Below, in pieces: positions 49,112 through 62,605 of a stretch of 64,000 nucleotides of DNA. The stretch comes from Macrostomum lignano (Eukaryota). The notes below the pieces were generated by a model that saw nothing but the letters and a program-made list of their open reading frames with translations, was not told the origin of the DNA and ran no database searches. The translations under genes were made by a program, and so were the position numbers. The first letter of the stretch is position 1, and every line of letters begins with the position of its first letter. The DNA lies in contig NIVC01000038.1 in the NCBI GenBank assembly GCA_002269645.1, positions 434,001 to 498,000 of the forward strand. The letters run 5' to 3'.

Positions 49112-50322
49112 TGCCAGCCAGGGTTTTAATAATCCTAGGGAACACGATTAATTTGGACATGAAAGTGTAAAATTTCAATCTTTATAATACGAATTCTTTA
49201 AACATTTACTATCATTTGTCGAGCAGACGTGCACTTGGTTATACTTGATACTCAAACTATTTTTAACATATTGTCACATTCTCAGACATTTATCTGGATC
49301 GCAGCCCCGCCCAGTTCTCGACAGTCAAAATAGACCAAGCAGACTGGCTGACTCTTGTCTAGCAAAAGAGATGACAAGCGCCGCACTTTAGGCGTAGGCG
49401 AACTAGGCGTTGACAAAAGCAAGAATGCAGCTCTTTACAGTTCAAAGTCGCTTCATTCTAACCTCCAACCAACCGCGGGTCTCCACCGCTGGTCAAAAAT
49501 TAAGTTGTTATGTTGTTTGAAAATAAACTATTAACTCGTAACACTGATCTGTTTATATATTCTCAGGAAAGTTTCAGGAAAGTGAAAGGAAGGCTAAAAA
49601 TAGCCCTACACTGCTGTTTGGGATTCTATTCATCAGCGTAGCTTGCGGAATGAAACGGAATGTAAAAGTCCAAACTCCAAAGCAGGAAAATGAAGCAGGT
49701 TTTTGAATTCCTAATCTGGAAAGGCCGGAAAAAATTAGTAACGCAGGTTTAAAAGCATATTGGGCAGTATTAATGCCTGAAAATCCAGTAAAAAATTTAT
49801 AGCGGGAAACCGAATTTATGCCAGGTTTTAAACAGGTTATGTTATTGTTGCTGTTTAGTTATTAAACATTGTTCATACGTTATAGCAATTTATGTTCTTG
49901 ATTTTTACTGTTTCTTATTAAAAATGACTACATCAGATAGAAAAACTCGTTCACCGTGATCTACAAAATGTTTTCTGTATAGAAAATAGTCATGGCCTGC
50001 TCAGCAGGCCAAAGCCGCAAGCTACGGTTATGTAGACTTATTTTTCGAAACACATCGAAATGATTCGCAAGCCATAGACCATGAGGTATTGCATGCAGAG
50101 CAGGCCACCCGCATCCTCGGGGTTAAAACGTCACTTACTACAGATGTAGTTAATACGTAGAAAAATGAAATGAGTGAATTTTTAGCTCACTGATGATCAT
50201 CAAGCTGTAATTTTTTTAAATAATTTAATTATACGTTTAGTGATCTTCGAGTTTCAGCTCAGGTGCAGTGACGTGAATCCTTCGAATTAGTCTTCCGGTT
50301 ATACAGGTGTATTCATCTCGAT

Positions 50323-51978
50323 CAGGCTCGGCAAACTCCGGGCCCGTGGGCCACATGCGGCCCGCCAAGCCTTTCGATCAGGCAACTAGGGTCCTTTGAA
50401 ACTTCACAATAGCAATCCCGTCCGCTCCTCTCAGCTCTCTCCTTTCATGTAAGAGAGTACTCTATGTAAGAACTCTCCCACAGAGAACTACATGTAACTG
50501 CTTTCTCTTACCGTCTGGTCAGCAGTAGTATCATGCGCTAGATTCTCTGTCTGGCCCTTAAAACAAAAATCCCCCCTAATAAACCCTTTATGTATAGATT
50601 ATGGATGATGAGGGGCTTGGTCCTTATCTGATTCTCTCAATTTCTCTCTCTTTCTCCCTCTCAAGTTCTATGTCTCAAAACATGCAAGTATCCAGATTGT
50701 TACAGACTATAGAATAAGATATTTCCAAGCTTAGATATGCGTCACGCTTGTGAATGATCAAATAATTTAGAAAAATTAGCCAGTGTCTTTCAGCTTGAGC
50801 AGCTGTGTCACTATTTTATTGAGTTGAACTCAACTCAGACCAGCGGATGCACAGCGAGTTATGTGCTAAAATCAAGGTCATGGCATACTATTGGGCTTAA
50901 AGTTTTTAAACCGTCAAAACAAATCAGTTTAGAGAAGCCCAAAGCAGACTAACAAAAGAGCAACAATTTGAAAGACAATCATAATTAGCCAATATTTAAT
51001 TTTTTTTAAATAATCGATTCAATTTATTTGTTAAAATTTCAACCAATTAAATAAGGTTTTTTTGCAAAATAAATAAAGCCAAAATGAAAAACAATTGGCT
51101 AATGAAATTATATAAAAATGACTACAAAACCAATTTTGCAGACAAAGAAATAAATCTTAATTAAAAAAACTTCACAGCACTCCGTTTGATTTTACTTTGG
51201 CAAAAAACTGAAATTAAATTATCAAAAAGTTTGTCATTTATACGCACAAAATGCAATATAATACTTAGGTTACAACAAAGGTTGGAAAACTTTTTTATTA
51301 CGTCAGGGGCCAGACAGAGAACCTAGTGCATGACTGCGGGGCAGCGAAGAGAGGATAGAGGGAATAGAGAAAAGAGATAGAATAAAGTGGACAAGAGGAG
51401 AGAAGAGATGACGCGAAAGGAGAGAAGATGAGTAAGAGGAGATAAGAGAAGAGAGGAGAGAGGAGACGAGAGAAAAGATGGAGAGAGGAGGCAGGAGAAA
51501 AGAGAGAGGAGAGAAGAAAAGAGAGAGGAGAGAAGAAAAAGATGGAGAGGAAATAAGAGAAGAGGAGAGGAGAGAAGAGATGGAGAGTAGAGAAGAGAGA
51601 GGAGAGGAGAGAAGAGAGAAGAAAAGGAGAGGAGAAGAGAGAGGAGAAAAGAGAGAGGAGATGGAGAGGAGAGAAGAGATAGAGAGTAGAGAGAGAGGAG
51701 AGAAAAGAAGAGAAAAGAAAAGGAGAGAAGAGAGAGGAGAAAAGAGAGAGGAGATGGAGAGGAGAGAGAAGGAAGGAGAGAAGAGGTGGAGAGGGGAGAG
51801 GAGAGAAGAGGAGAGGTGAGAGGCAGAGAAGACAAGAGAGAAGAGAAGGAGATTAGAGAAGAGAAAGAGAAGAGAGCTGAAAAGACACAAACCTTAAGCG
51901 AGCTGGATCACTATGGTGAAATTCCAAAGGACCCAAGGGCCGCATGTGGCCCGCCGGCTGGAGTTTGCCGACCCTGGG
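50323..51978. mobile_element. Degenerate hAT-Charlie-like element, copy B
   Basis: Left end caggctcggcaaactccgggcccgtgggcc and right end ggagtttgccgaccc; paralogous to 38947-41216. Confidence 0.5.
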
Positions 51979-52063
51979 GTTACAGTGGTTAATTCCTAAA
52001 TAGGCAATAAAACAATTTGATAATTTTATGTTTGCTGTCAATTATTTTCAGTTTAATCTTATG

Positions 52064-55000
52064 CTACAGTCTAGCCAAGACCGGATCCAGCTCTTCCCGA
52101 AACAGTTGAATAATTCTGCACCAGCTGTCTACCTGAGCCTCGTGATGCTGTTTTGAATTGCCGCCATAGTCCATGTTCAAGCCGTAGAGTCCGTGATAGC
52201 ACAGCGGGGTGCAGGGGCTGATTGGCGGCTCTAGCAGGTGACCCGCACCTGGATAGGTCACGTGATCAACTCGGCGCTGTCCGTTAGATCTTCGAATTCG
52301 AGCAGCTAGACGCGCTCCGGTGTCCACAGGCATTGAGTAGTCATCGAGGCTGGATAGGAACAGAAACCTGCAGGTGGACTTTTCCACGGGTAGCTCCTGC
52401 CACGGAGATTTTGAATAGGGTGATGGGAAGTTTTTGTCAATGATCCTGACCAATTAGATCTTGAAAATAAAAACAGTTGGAAAACGTGTCAACGTGTCAA
52501 GGGGAGATGAGATTATTGAATGGGGAGATTCCAAATAGGGAAATGGGATTGCAAATGGAGAGATAGGATTTTTGAATGAGGAGATGGTATTTTTAAATGG
52601 GGAGATGGGATTTTTGAATGGGGGTATGGGATTTTTAAATGGGGAGATGGGATTTTTAAATGGGGAGATGGGATTTTTAAATGGGGGTATGGGATTTTTA
52701 AATGGGGAGATGGGATTTTTGAATGGGGAGATGGGATTTTTAAATGGGGAGATGGGATTTTTAATGGGGAGATGGGATTTTTAAATGGGGAGATGGGATT
52801 TTTGAATAAATAGATTAGACTTCAAATGGAGAGATGCGATTTTGAATGGAGAGATGGGATTTTTAAATGGGAGATAGGATTTTTGAACGGGGAGATGGGA
52901 TTTTTAAATGGGGAGATGGGATTTCTGAATAGGGAGATGGGATTTCAAGTAGGGAGATGGGATTTTTTTATGAGGAGATGGGATTTCAAGTAGGGAGATA
53001 GGATTTTAAATGGGGAGATGGGATTTTTGAATGGGGAGATGGGATTTTGAAATGGGGAGATGGGATTTTTTAATAGGGAGATTACAGATTAGACTTAAAA
53101 TGGAGAGATGCGATTTTGAATGGGGAGATGAGATTATTGAATAGGAAGATGGGATTTTGAAATGGGGAGATGGGATTTTTGAATAGAAAGATTAGACTTC
53201 AAATGGAGGGATGCGATTTTGAATGGGGAGATGGGATTTTTGAATGGGGAGATGGGATTTTTAAATGGGAGATGGGATTTTTAAATGGGGAGATGGGATT
53301 TCTGAATAGGGAGATGGGATTTCAAGTAGGGAGATGGGATTTTTTATGAGGAGATGGGATTTTAAGTAGGGAGATAGGATTTTTGAACGGGGAGATGGGA
53401 TTTTTAAATGGGGAGATGGGATTTCTGAATAGGGAGATGGGATTTCAAGTAGGGAGATAGGATTTTTGAATGGGGAGATGGGATTTTTAAATGGGGAGAT
53501 GGGATCAGGGTATAAAATCCACTTGGTCGGGCTTACCTGAGCTTCGGTGCACCCAGAGCAGCAGGCCTCTCTAGAGTCCAGCCCATCTGACCTGTCAGAC
53601 GGTTTCACCAGGGCCACATTCATCGGGAAATGATTTGGCAACCAACGCGCTCTGTAGCGAACCGGAAACCAACTGCGACACCGGTTGCCATTCAACCAGG
53701 CCACCGCTCTGACCTTCTTGCCAAACAGAATAGCGGCATTGGCTACAATATCTGCACCAGCGCTGACCCCGATCAAGCCTAAGCCGCCCTCGGGACCCAG
53801 GCGGCTATAGGGAGAAGCCAGCATGAAGTCCACAGCCTCTTCGAAATAGTCCATGTCAATCTCGTGAAGCTCTTTGGGCAGATCTTCATAGTTGAAGTAG
53901 GCCAGCGCCAACACGCTGAAGCCCTCCTTGGCTAGCAGGGCTGATCGGTGCTCCATCAGGCCACCACCGGTGCCGAACAGGTCAATCACCGGTGGACAGG
54001 AGCGCTGCGACCGGGGTTTGAATAGTGCGCCTGGAGTGGGATTTGAGCACAGTTAGGATTTGAGTATGGGATTGGATTTGAGGATGGGTGGGATTTGAGT
54101 ATGGGGTGGGATTTGAGCATGAGATGGGATTTGAGTATGGTATGGGATTTGAGTGTGGTTGGGATTTGAGCATGAGATGGGATTCGAGCATGGGGTGGGA
54201 TTTAGGCATGAGGTGGGATTTGAGTATGGGATGGGATTTGAGTGTGGTGTGGGATTTGAGTATGGGGTGGGATTTGAGCATGAGATGGGATTTGAGTATG
54301 GTATGGGATTTGAGTGTGGTTGGGATTTGAGCATGAGATAGGATTTGAGCATGGGGTGGGATTTAGGCATGAGGTGGGATTTGAGTATGGGATGGGATTT
54401 GAGTGTGGTGTGGGATTTGAGTATGGGGTGGGATTCGAGCATGAGGTGGGATTTGAGTATGGGATGGGATTTGAGCATGTGATGGGATTTGAGCAGGATA
54501 CGATTCGAGCAGGGTGGATTCGAGCGGGTTGGGATATGAGAATGGGGTGGGATTTGAGCATGGTGGGATTCGAGCACAGGACAGGGATAAAATTTAAGCT
54601 GGTGTGGATGGATGGTACATGTATTTGAACAGAAAGATTTCAAATTTGAGTGAATGAACTGTTACTAATAGTAGGCTAGTTTAAGAAATATACCTTATTA
54701 TTTGCTTATGTAGGTTACGTAGAAAATATATATTATTAGAAAATCGAACCATTATTAAGAATCATGTTTTGAAATAAATTTTCATTGAATTGTCACCTCT
54801 AAGTCGACCAAATTTAATGGGCAGTCGTTCCACTGAGTCAGATAAATAGGTCCTCTCTAAGCCTATTGAGCACAATGCATGGCCAGAGTCGGGTTTCTGC
54901 TCGCCAGCCAGTTCGTCCCACATCACGTGACCATTCAGAGCCATCAGTTGATATTTCAAAGGAATTTCAGCTTCACGTCTGAGCAATCGAAGACCAGTTC

Positions 55001-55262
55001 TCTGCGATGGGTCCTGTTTGAGAGACCAAAAGAGCCCCATACTGTCAAGTCCAGTGTAAGTTCCTCCAACACTGCAGCTGGAGTCCAAGTCAAGCCTCCC
55101 TGCTTCATCAGTCATATAGTGACCAAATGCTGAGAATGAGCCATAGGTCTCCTTAATTTGTAGGTGCAGAGTCACTGGAGAGTTTGTGGGCAAACCAGAG
55201 ACCTTGATGGAAATTCGCTCATCTACCAATGATCGTAGCTTATTTACTGAGATAGTTGCCAT
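52064..55262 (-). CDS. ACOT: Acyl-CoA thioesterase / BAAT-family hydrolase, paralog 2 (3 coding exons, 430 aa predicted)
   Basis: Exons are 55262-54797, 54030-53537 and 52396-52064, with phases 1 and 0 matching. Motifs GVSAG, LDD and AGHLLEPP are present and the C-terminus is ARL (PTS1). An acceptor 14 nt upstream of the ATG leaves room for an upstream exon. Confidence 0.92.
52495..53505. repeat. 21-bp minisatellite (ggggagatgggatttttaaat) in ACOT paralog 2 intron 2
   Basis: Direct tandem repeat. Four units of it recur at 42019-42075. Confidence 0.9.
54032..54590. repeat. 18-bp minisatellite (gggatttgagcatggggt family) in ACOT paralog 2 intron 1
   Basis: Same family and same position as 14603-15200. 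Confidence 0.9.
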
Positions 55263-55388
55263 GGATACAATTTTGTCTGAAATTGTAAAGTAAGATGTTT
55301 GACATTTATATATAATGTTTAAGATTTGTGTTGCAAGTAAATTAGGACCAATATAGAAACAAAGAAACTGAGATCAGGCCTTTATATA

Positions 55389-55423
<35 letters not shown>

Positions 55424-57299
55424 TTTTATATAGTTAGTCAAAATAATTATAATGTCACAAGCCTAAATGAATTATGCTAACACTACTTAAAATTATACTA
55501 AAACTAAAAGCTTGCTATTTTAACTGCAGCTGATAGTTTTCAATAGTTAAATTATGCAAAATTTTTGCTAATCATTGCATATTCTGTATAAATTTTTAAA
55601 ACAATTTTTTACAAATTGCTATATTATTATAGCTCCATAAGTGCTAATATAATAATTTAACAACTGTGCTCTCAAAAAACTTTCAAGACACAAAAATAAG
55701 TTACATAAACCAGAAGAATTGAAGATTTCTTCTGAAAAACTGAGCAAACTGGTCGACTGGACTGAATAATTATAAAATTATTAAATCTAAGAAAGAAAGA
55801 TGGCTTTACTTCAGGATCTAATCAAAGCATTAGATCGCTTAAAAGAGAAGAAATTTTAGCGGAACTTTATAGCTACAGTATAATAATGTTTATGAACCGA
55901 TCAGTGACAGCGATTAGTGGAATGGTGGTCACAACTAGTGTATTTTGATTGACTGCAGTACTTATTTTAAGCAAACTACAATCGTACAGCAAAAGACAAA
56001 GTCGCACTACGCGTCTTAATAGCTAACTGACGGAGTGATGAGCAAGCAGGAGGCTTTTCACCAGAATTGGCTTGAATCTTTTAAGAAAAAAACAGTATAA
56101 CATAACATTGTTGAATGGTTGACTGCCTAACTGAACAGCATTACTGAATTTTTTCTTCTTGGCTATTGCTACTCAAGAATTAAATGTTTATAGCACATAT
56201 ATCACTATAGTTTAGAAGACAAAAAGTTATAAGTTACAAATTGGATTCTAGTTGTAGAAACCGAATAAGCAATATTCTGGGGAAACCGAAACATCGCCCC
56301 AGAAAGGCCCCAGAATGCAGCCGGCCGGCGAGTGCGATTGATAGTGTCTTGGAATCCCTTGCATTTAAAATTAGAAAATATTTTAGAGTTAGTCTTACAG
56401 TAGACAAGATAAATGCTGTAGTTAGTTATAAATAGCTTCTTATTAAATATATTTAATTAGATATTTCAAAGCATACTTATTTGTAAAATAACAAACATAG
56501 TTTTGTTAAAGTTTAATAATACAACTTTTAATTTTTTGATTGCGCCACCCACCCGAGTGGCATCGATAAAAACCCGGACTAAAGGTACAAAAACGAGTGC
56601 ATAAGATCGGGTAAATGCCATGTCATATGCCACGGTGACATGTCTTCTACCCAATTAAAAGCGGGCTTGTGTATAAATCCAATGAACTAATTTCGGCGCA
56701 TAATTAAAATCGTTATTTTGCTGCTTTTAATATAGATCGATGGATTAGTTCAAACAGTGGAAAGAAGTTTCATTGATACTGCAATATTACTAGTTGCATT
56801 GCAAAGTGTAGAGTATTTAAATCAGAATGAGAACTGTTATCAGGGAACTGTCTATTTATAATACCTTTAAACATTTAATAAAAGAAGGCCTAACCATCTA
56901 TACAGGCCTATTATGTAGGGTATACTGTATATAGATCTTTTTAATTTATAAAGACCTATCTTTGTTCATTTATTTTTAATCAATGCTAAGCCTCCACTAT
57001 AATTATATGTTATTAAAATATATCATTATAAAATAGTTGGGCCCTATACTAGCTAGGGTTATACTTAGAGCTTGCAAATTTATATCAAATTTATATCCAA
57101 CATTTTTCTAATCCTGATCTTTTTAGAAATTTAGCTTTTCTTTAGCTTAGTAAGTTAGTATTTTTAGAATAGATATAATTTTTTAGCCTTTATATATTTT
57201 TTTCAATTTAGTTTCTTTTCTAGCTAAATTCCTTATTTGAATTTTTAGTTTAAATTAATCTTTAAAAGCTACTTTATCCTTAAGCCTAGCCTTAATTTG

Positions 57300-59900
57300 T
57301 CTAACAATATAGCTTTCCCTTATCTTAATCATAATCCTTTAAAGAATCTAGTAGCTCTATAACCCTAATCCTTTAAGTAATCTATCCTCTCTCTTATCTT
57401 AATCATCTAAGAAATTTAGCCACTTTCCTATCTCAATCCTCTAGGAATTTAGCTGCTTTCTTATCTAAATCTTCTAGGGCATCTAGCCACTCCCAATTCC
57501 CAATCTTCTGGGGAATTCAGCCACCCTCCCTTCTCAATCCTCTAGGGAATCCAGCTGCTTTCTTATCCAGATCTTCTAAGGAATCCAGGCACTCCCCTTT
57601 CCCAATCCTCTGAATAATCTAGCTGCTTTCTTATCCAAATCCTTTAGGGAATCCAGCCACTTCTCTTTCCCAATCCTCTAGAAAATCCAGCCACTCCATT
57701 TTCCCAATCCTCTAGGAAATTTAGCTGCTTTTTTATCCAAATCCTCTAGAGAATCTAGCCACTCCTCTTTCCTAATCCTCTAGGGAATATAGCCCCTCCT
57801 CTTTACAAACCCTCTGCGGAATCTAGCCAATCCCCTTTCCTAATCCTTTGGGGAATCTAGCCACTCCCCTTCCCAATACTCTAGGGAATTTAGCTGCTTT
57901 CTTATCCAAATCCTCTAGGGAATCTAGCCACTCCCCTTTACAAATCTTTTAGGGAATCCAGCCACTCCCCATTCCCAATCCTCTGGGGAATCTAGCCACT
58001 CCCCTTTCCTAATCCTCTGGGGAATCCAGCCACTCCCTTTCCTAATCCTCTGGGGAATCTAGCCACTCACCTTTCCTAATCCTTTGGGGAATCCAGCCAC
58101 TCCCCTTTCCTAATCCTCTGGGGAATCCAGCCACTCCCCTTTCCTAATCCTTTGGGGAATCCAATCCAGCCACTCCCCATTCCCAATCCTCTGGGGAATC
58201 CAATCCAGCCACTCCCCTTTCCCAATCCTCTAGAAAATCCAGCCACTCCATTTTCCCAATCCTCTAGGAAATTTAGCTGCTTTTTTATCCAAATCCTCTA
58301 GAGAATCTAGCCACTCCCCTTTACAAATCTTTTAGGGAATCCAGCCACTCCCCTTTCCTAATCCTCTGGGGAATCCAGCCACTCACCTTTCCTAATCCTC
58401 TGGGGAATCCAGCCACTCACCTTTCCTAATCCTTTGGGGAATCTAGCCACTCCATTTTCCCAATCCTCTAGGAAATTTAGCTGCTTTTTTATCCAAATCC
58501 TCAAGAGAATCTAGCCACTCCCCTTTACAAATCTTTTAGGGAATCCAGCCACTCCCCTTTCCTAATCCTCTGGGGAATCCAGCCACTCACCTTTCCTAAT
58601 CCTCTGGGGAATCCAGCCACTCACCTTTCCTAATCCTCTGGGGAATCCAGCCACTCCCCTTTCCCAATCCTCTGGGGAATCTAGCCACTCCCCTTTCCCA
58701 ATCCTCTGGGGAATCCAGCCACTCCCCTTTCCCAATCCTCTGGGGAATCCAGCCACTCCCCTTTCCTAATCCTCTGGGGAATCCACCCACTTCTCTTTCC
58801 CAATCCTCTGGGGAATTTAGCTGCTTTCTTATCCAAATCCTCTAGGGAATCTAGCCACTCCCCTTTACAAATCTTTTAGGGAATCCAGCCACTCCCCATT
58901 CCCAATCCTCTGGGGAATCCAGCCACTCCCCTTTCCAAATCCTCTAGGGAATCTAGCCACTCCCCTTTACAAATCTTCTAAGGAATCCACCCACTTCTCT
59001 TTCCCAATCCTCGGGGGAATTTAGCTGCTTTCTTATCCAAATCCTCTGGGGAATCCAGCCACTCCCCTCTCCTAATCCTCTGGGGAATCCAGCCACTCCC
59101 CTCTCCTAATCCTCTGGGGAATCCAGCCACTTCTCTTTCCCAATCCTCTGGGGAATTTATCTGCTTTCTTATCCAAATCCTCTGGGGAATCCAGCCACTC
59201 CCCATTCCCAATCCTCTGGGGAATCCAGCCACTCCCCTTTCCAAATCCTCTAGGGAATCTAGCCACTCCCCTTTACAAATCCTCTGGGGAATCCAGCCAC
59301 GCCCCTTTCCTAATCCTCTGGGGAATCCAGCCACTCCCCTTTCCCAATCCTCTGGGGAATCCAGCCACTTCTCTTTCCCAATCCTCTGGGGAATCCAGCC
59401 ACTCCCCTTTCCCAATCCTTTGAGGAATCAAGCCTCTCTCCCATCCCATTCCTCCAGGGAATTCAGCCACTCTTTACCCAATCCTCTGGGGAATCCAGCC
59501 ACTTCTCTTTCCCAATCCTCTAGGGAATCCAGCCACTCCCCATTCCCAATCCTCTGGGGAATCCAGCCACTCTTTACCCAATCCTCTAGGGAATCCAGCC
59601 GCTCCCCTTTTCCAATCCTCTGGGGAATCCAGCCACTCTCCTTTCCTAATCCTTTGGGGAATCCAGCCACTCCCCTTTCCTAATCCTCTGGGGAATCCAG
59701 CCACTCCCCTTTCCTAATCCTCTGGGGAATCCAGCCACTTCTCTTTCCCAATCCTCTGGGGAATCCAGCCACTCCCCTTTCCCAATCCTCTAGGGAATCC
59801 AGTCAGTCCCCTTTCCCAATCCTTTGAGGAATCAAGCCTCTCTCCCATCCCATTCCTCCAGGGAATTCAGCCACTCTCCTATCGTAATCCTTTGGGAGAA
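57300..59900. repeat. ~34-bp minisatellite (ggggaatccagccactcccctttcctaatcctct) with AT-decayed left edge
   Basis: About 2.5 kb of tandem units immediately upstream of the acceptor at 60037. Confidence 0.92.
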
Positions 59901-60038
59901 TCAAACGTCTAACAATTATATTCCTTATCTCCATCCTTTTATATTTCCACTTTCCTTTTTATTCATTTAAGGAAATCATGTTTTATAATAATTGTATGGT
60001 TTATTTGTCTTCAATTCAATTTTCTGCTATTTTTAAGC

Positions 60039-62605
60039 ATGAAAAAAAAGTGCCGAAGTTTTCGTTCGCGCCCAAGAAAGACCAGTGCCTGGTCCATGTT
60101 TTTGAAGACAATGGGAACAAGTAAGATTTTGTTTGGCTTTTTTGCTTTGAACTTCAGTGTTTGTTTCTTTTTCGTAAGTTATACTTTTTTGTTTTAAATG
60201 GAGTAATGATCTACAATTATTTCGGATAATTTTTTCAGATAACTTTTCCAAGGAACGCATGGCTTTTTTAAGCGACAAATTTAAAAGTCTAACTGCTGAA
60301 GAAAAATCTGTGTACGAACGTGCTGCACGAGAAAAAGTTCAGCAAACTCCCTCGGTGCATACATTGGAGGATTTGGTAACTACATTGAATTGCATACTGT
60401 GCACCAAAGTTTAATTTTAAATTTTGTACTTGTCCAGACTGACAGACTGTGTGGTAGTACCGCCTGAGCGTAAATGAATAAATTCGCTTAATCACTTGCA
60501 GGCACGTCTAATGTTTGCCGACTATCATATCATTATTATCACGAAGAGTCGCAGCGGCTCCAATATTCGCACTTGTGCTTCTCCTGAAGTCGCAGGAATT
60601 TTAAATGACAATATTGGAGTTCTTCAAGTAAGCTAATGTTTCTTGTCATGCAATTGTTTTGATGCAATTACATACAATTGCAATTTTGAGATAAAAGGCC
60701 TTAAAGCTTAATAGATGTAATGACTAATGTAATGTAATGGTATTTGTTCTCTACCATTGCAGAAATTTGAATTACTTTCCACCGGACTAGCACAGTCGTC
60801 GGCTCAAAAACCGACGGTTGAGCATATGCGTAAAGAAGTTCGCGCATCTGTTCGCATGGCATATGGTGAATTAATTATGTATTTTTTTCATAGTATTTTT
60901 CAGACCCACTTGTGCTAAATTTTAGATAATTTAAGTCTAAAGGGAAAGAGAAAATCTCACATTTAGGTCTGTAGGTTGCTTTTTTATTTTTTTATCAAAG
61001 GCAGGGGGGTTGCGTGCACCCTGGCGCACTTTAAGCGACAGAGGCACACAACCGGCGAGAGGCATTGCTGCCCATTCCGCCGACTCCCCTGAGCAGGCAT
61101 ACAAGCGCGCGGATACATACGCAGGCACACACTCACACAGGAGTGTACAGCGGCCCTAACTTTATATTATCGTTAGGCATGTACACTTCACTGCGACTTG
61201 GGGGGTTGGCTCTCAAGGTCGTTAATTGCACGAGCAGAGCCAAGCCTTGATTCCAATTCAGCACCAAATTAATGTGACTGCACTTGGAATCGAGCCTGGG
61301 TCGCTGGCACACCAGAGCAGCTGCGCTACCGCTGGGCTACGCCCCCCCCCCCACCTGTAGGCTGCTTTAAAAAGTAATCCATTTTTTCAAATTTATATAT
61401 ATTTATACTTATGTATCTGTTTACTTACTTTTTTCACAGCTCAAGCCGGAATGGGCGCCAAGTTGAACTTCAACAACCTCGGCGGCAGTTTTTTTCCGAG
61501 TATTAAACGCCCTGCACTAATGAATTACACGGAGCTGCGGGAGTTGTATGATTCGCGGGATAAATTAAAGTTTATTCCCCATCGAGCCAGTGCTGCTGAC
61601 CTCGGTCATCTCGAGGATAATGCCGTCTCCGATACACCCGTAGAGAATGTTGATGATGCTGTCGGTCATCGTCCTGCCGGTGGCATTGCTACTCTGCCGG
61701 GCAGCGCCGTCGGTCATCGTCCTGCCGGTGACATTGCTACTCTGCCGGGCAGCGCCGTCGGTCATCGTCCTGCCGGTGGCATTGCTACTCTGCCGGGCAG
61801 CGCCGTCGGTCATCGTCCTGCCGGTGACATTGCTACTCTGCCGGGCAGCGCCGTCGGTCATCGTCCTGCCGGTGACATTGCTACTCTGCCGGGCAGCGCC
61901 GTCGGTCATCGTCCTGCCGGTGACATTGCTACTCTGCCGGGCAGCGCCGTCGGTCATCGTCCTGCCGGTGGCATTGCTACTCTGCCGGGCAGCGCCGTCG
62001 GTCATCGTCCTGCCGGTGACATTGCTACTCTGCCGGGCAGCGCCGTCGGTCATCGTCCTGCCGGTGGCATTGCTACTCTGCCGGGCAGCGCCGTCGGTCA
62101 TCGTCCTGCCGGTGGCATTGCTACTCTGCCGGGCAGCGCCGTCGGTCATCGTCCTGCCGGTGACATTGCTACTCTGCCGGGCAGCGCCGTCGGTCATCGT
62201 CCTGCCGGTGGCATTGCTACTCTGCCGGGCAGCGCCGTCAGTCATCGTCCTGCCGGTGGCATTGCTACTCTGCCGGGCAGCGCCGTCGGTCATCGTCCTG
62301 CCGGTGGCATTGCTACTCTGCCGGGCAGCGCCGTCGGTCATCGTCCTGCCGGTGACATTGCTACTCTGCCAGGCAGCGCCGTCGGTCATCGTCCTGCCGG
62401 TGGCATTGCTACTCTGCCGGGCAGCGCCGTCGGTCATCGTCCTGCCGGTGACATTGCTACTCTGCCGGGCAGCGCCGTCGGTCATCGTCCAGCCTTTCGA
62501 ATTACATATACCGGTCCTCGGCCAGCCGGTGCGGCTGGTCATTCTGCAAACATCAAAGTCGGTAGTACATCACAATCTCAAGTTCTTATTAAAATTTTAA
62601 AGTGA
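60039..62605 (+). CDS. HMG-box protein with GTF2I-like repeat and 16-aa tandem repeats (5 exons, 537 aa predicted; may extend 5')
   Basis: Exons are 60039-60120, 60239-60375, 60502-60627, 60763-60865 and 61440-62605. All are GT-AG with phases 1, 0, 0, 1 giving one open frame. The HMG box reads RPRKTSAWSMFL...KERMAFLSDKFKSLTAEEKSVYERAAREK. Confidence 0.82.
60975..61345 (-). mobile_element. Full-length tRNA-derived SINE in intron 4 of the HMG gene
   Basis: The minus strand has head GGGGCGTAGCCCAGCGG (A box) and GGCTCGATTCC (B box), a ~270-bp body shared with 46430-46740, and an A-rich tail ataaaaaaaataaaaaa. Confidence 0.8.
61658..62495 (+). repeat. 48-bp coding VNTR (AVGHRPAG[G/D]IATLPGS) x17 plus a partial unit
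   Basis: Counted from the translation; units are nearly identical. Confidence 0.95.

Noticed and set aside
61565-62600. Overlapping ORFs 61565-62542 (-) and 61647-62600 (+)
   Set aside because: They are by-products of a stop-free 48-bp unit. Only the 61451 frame is joined by a phase-matched acceptor to upstream exons.
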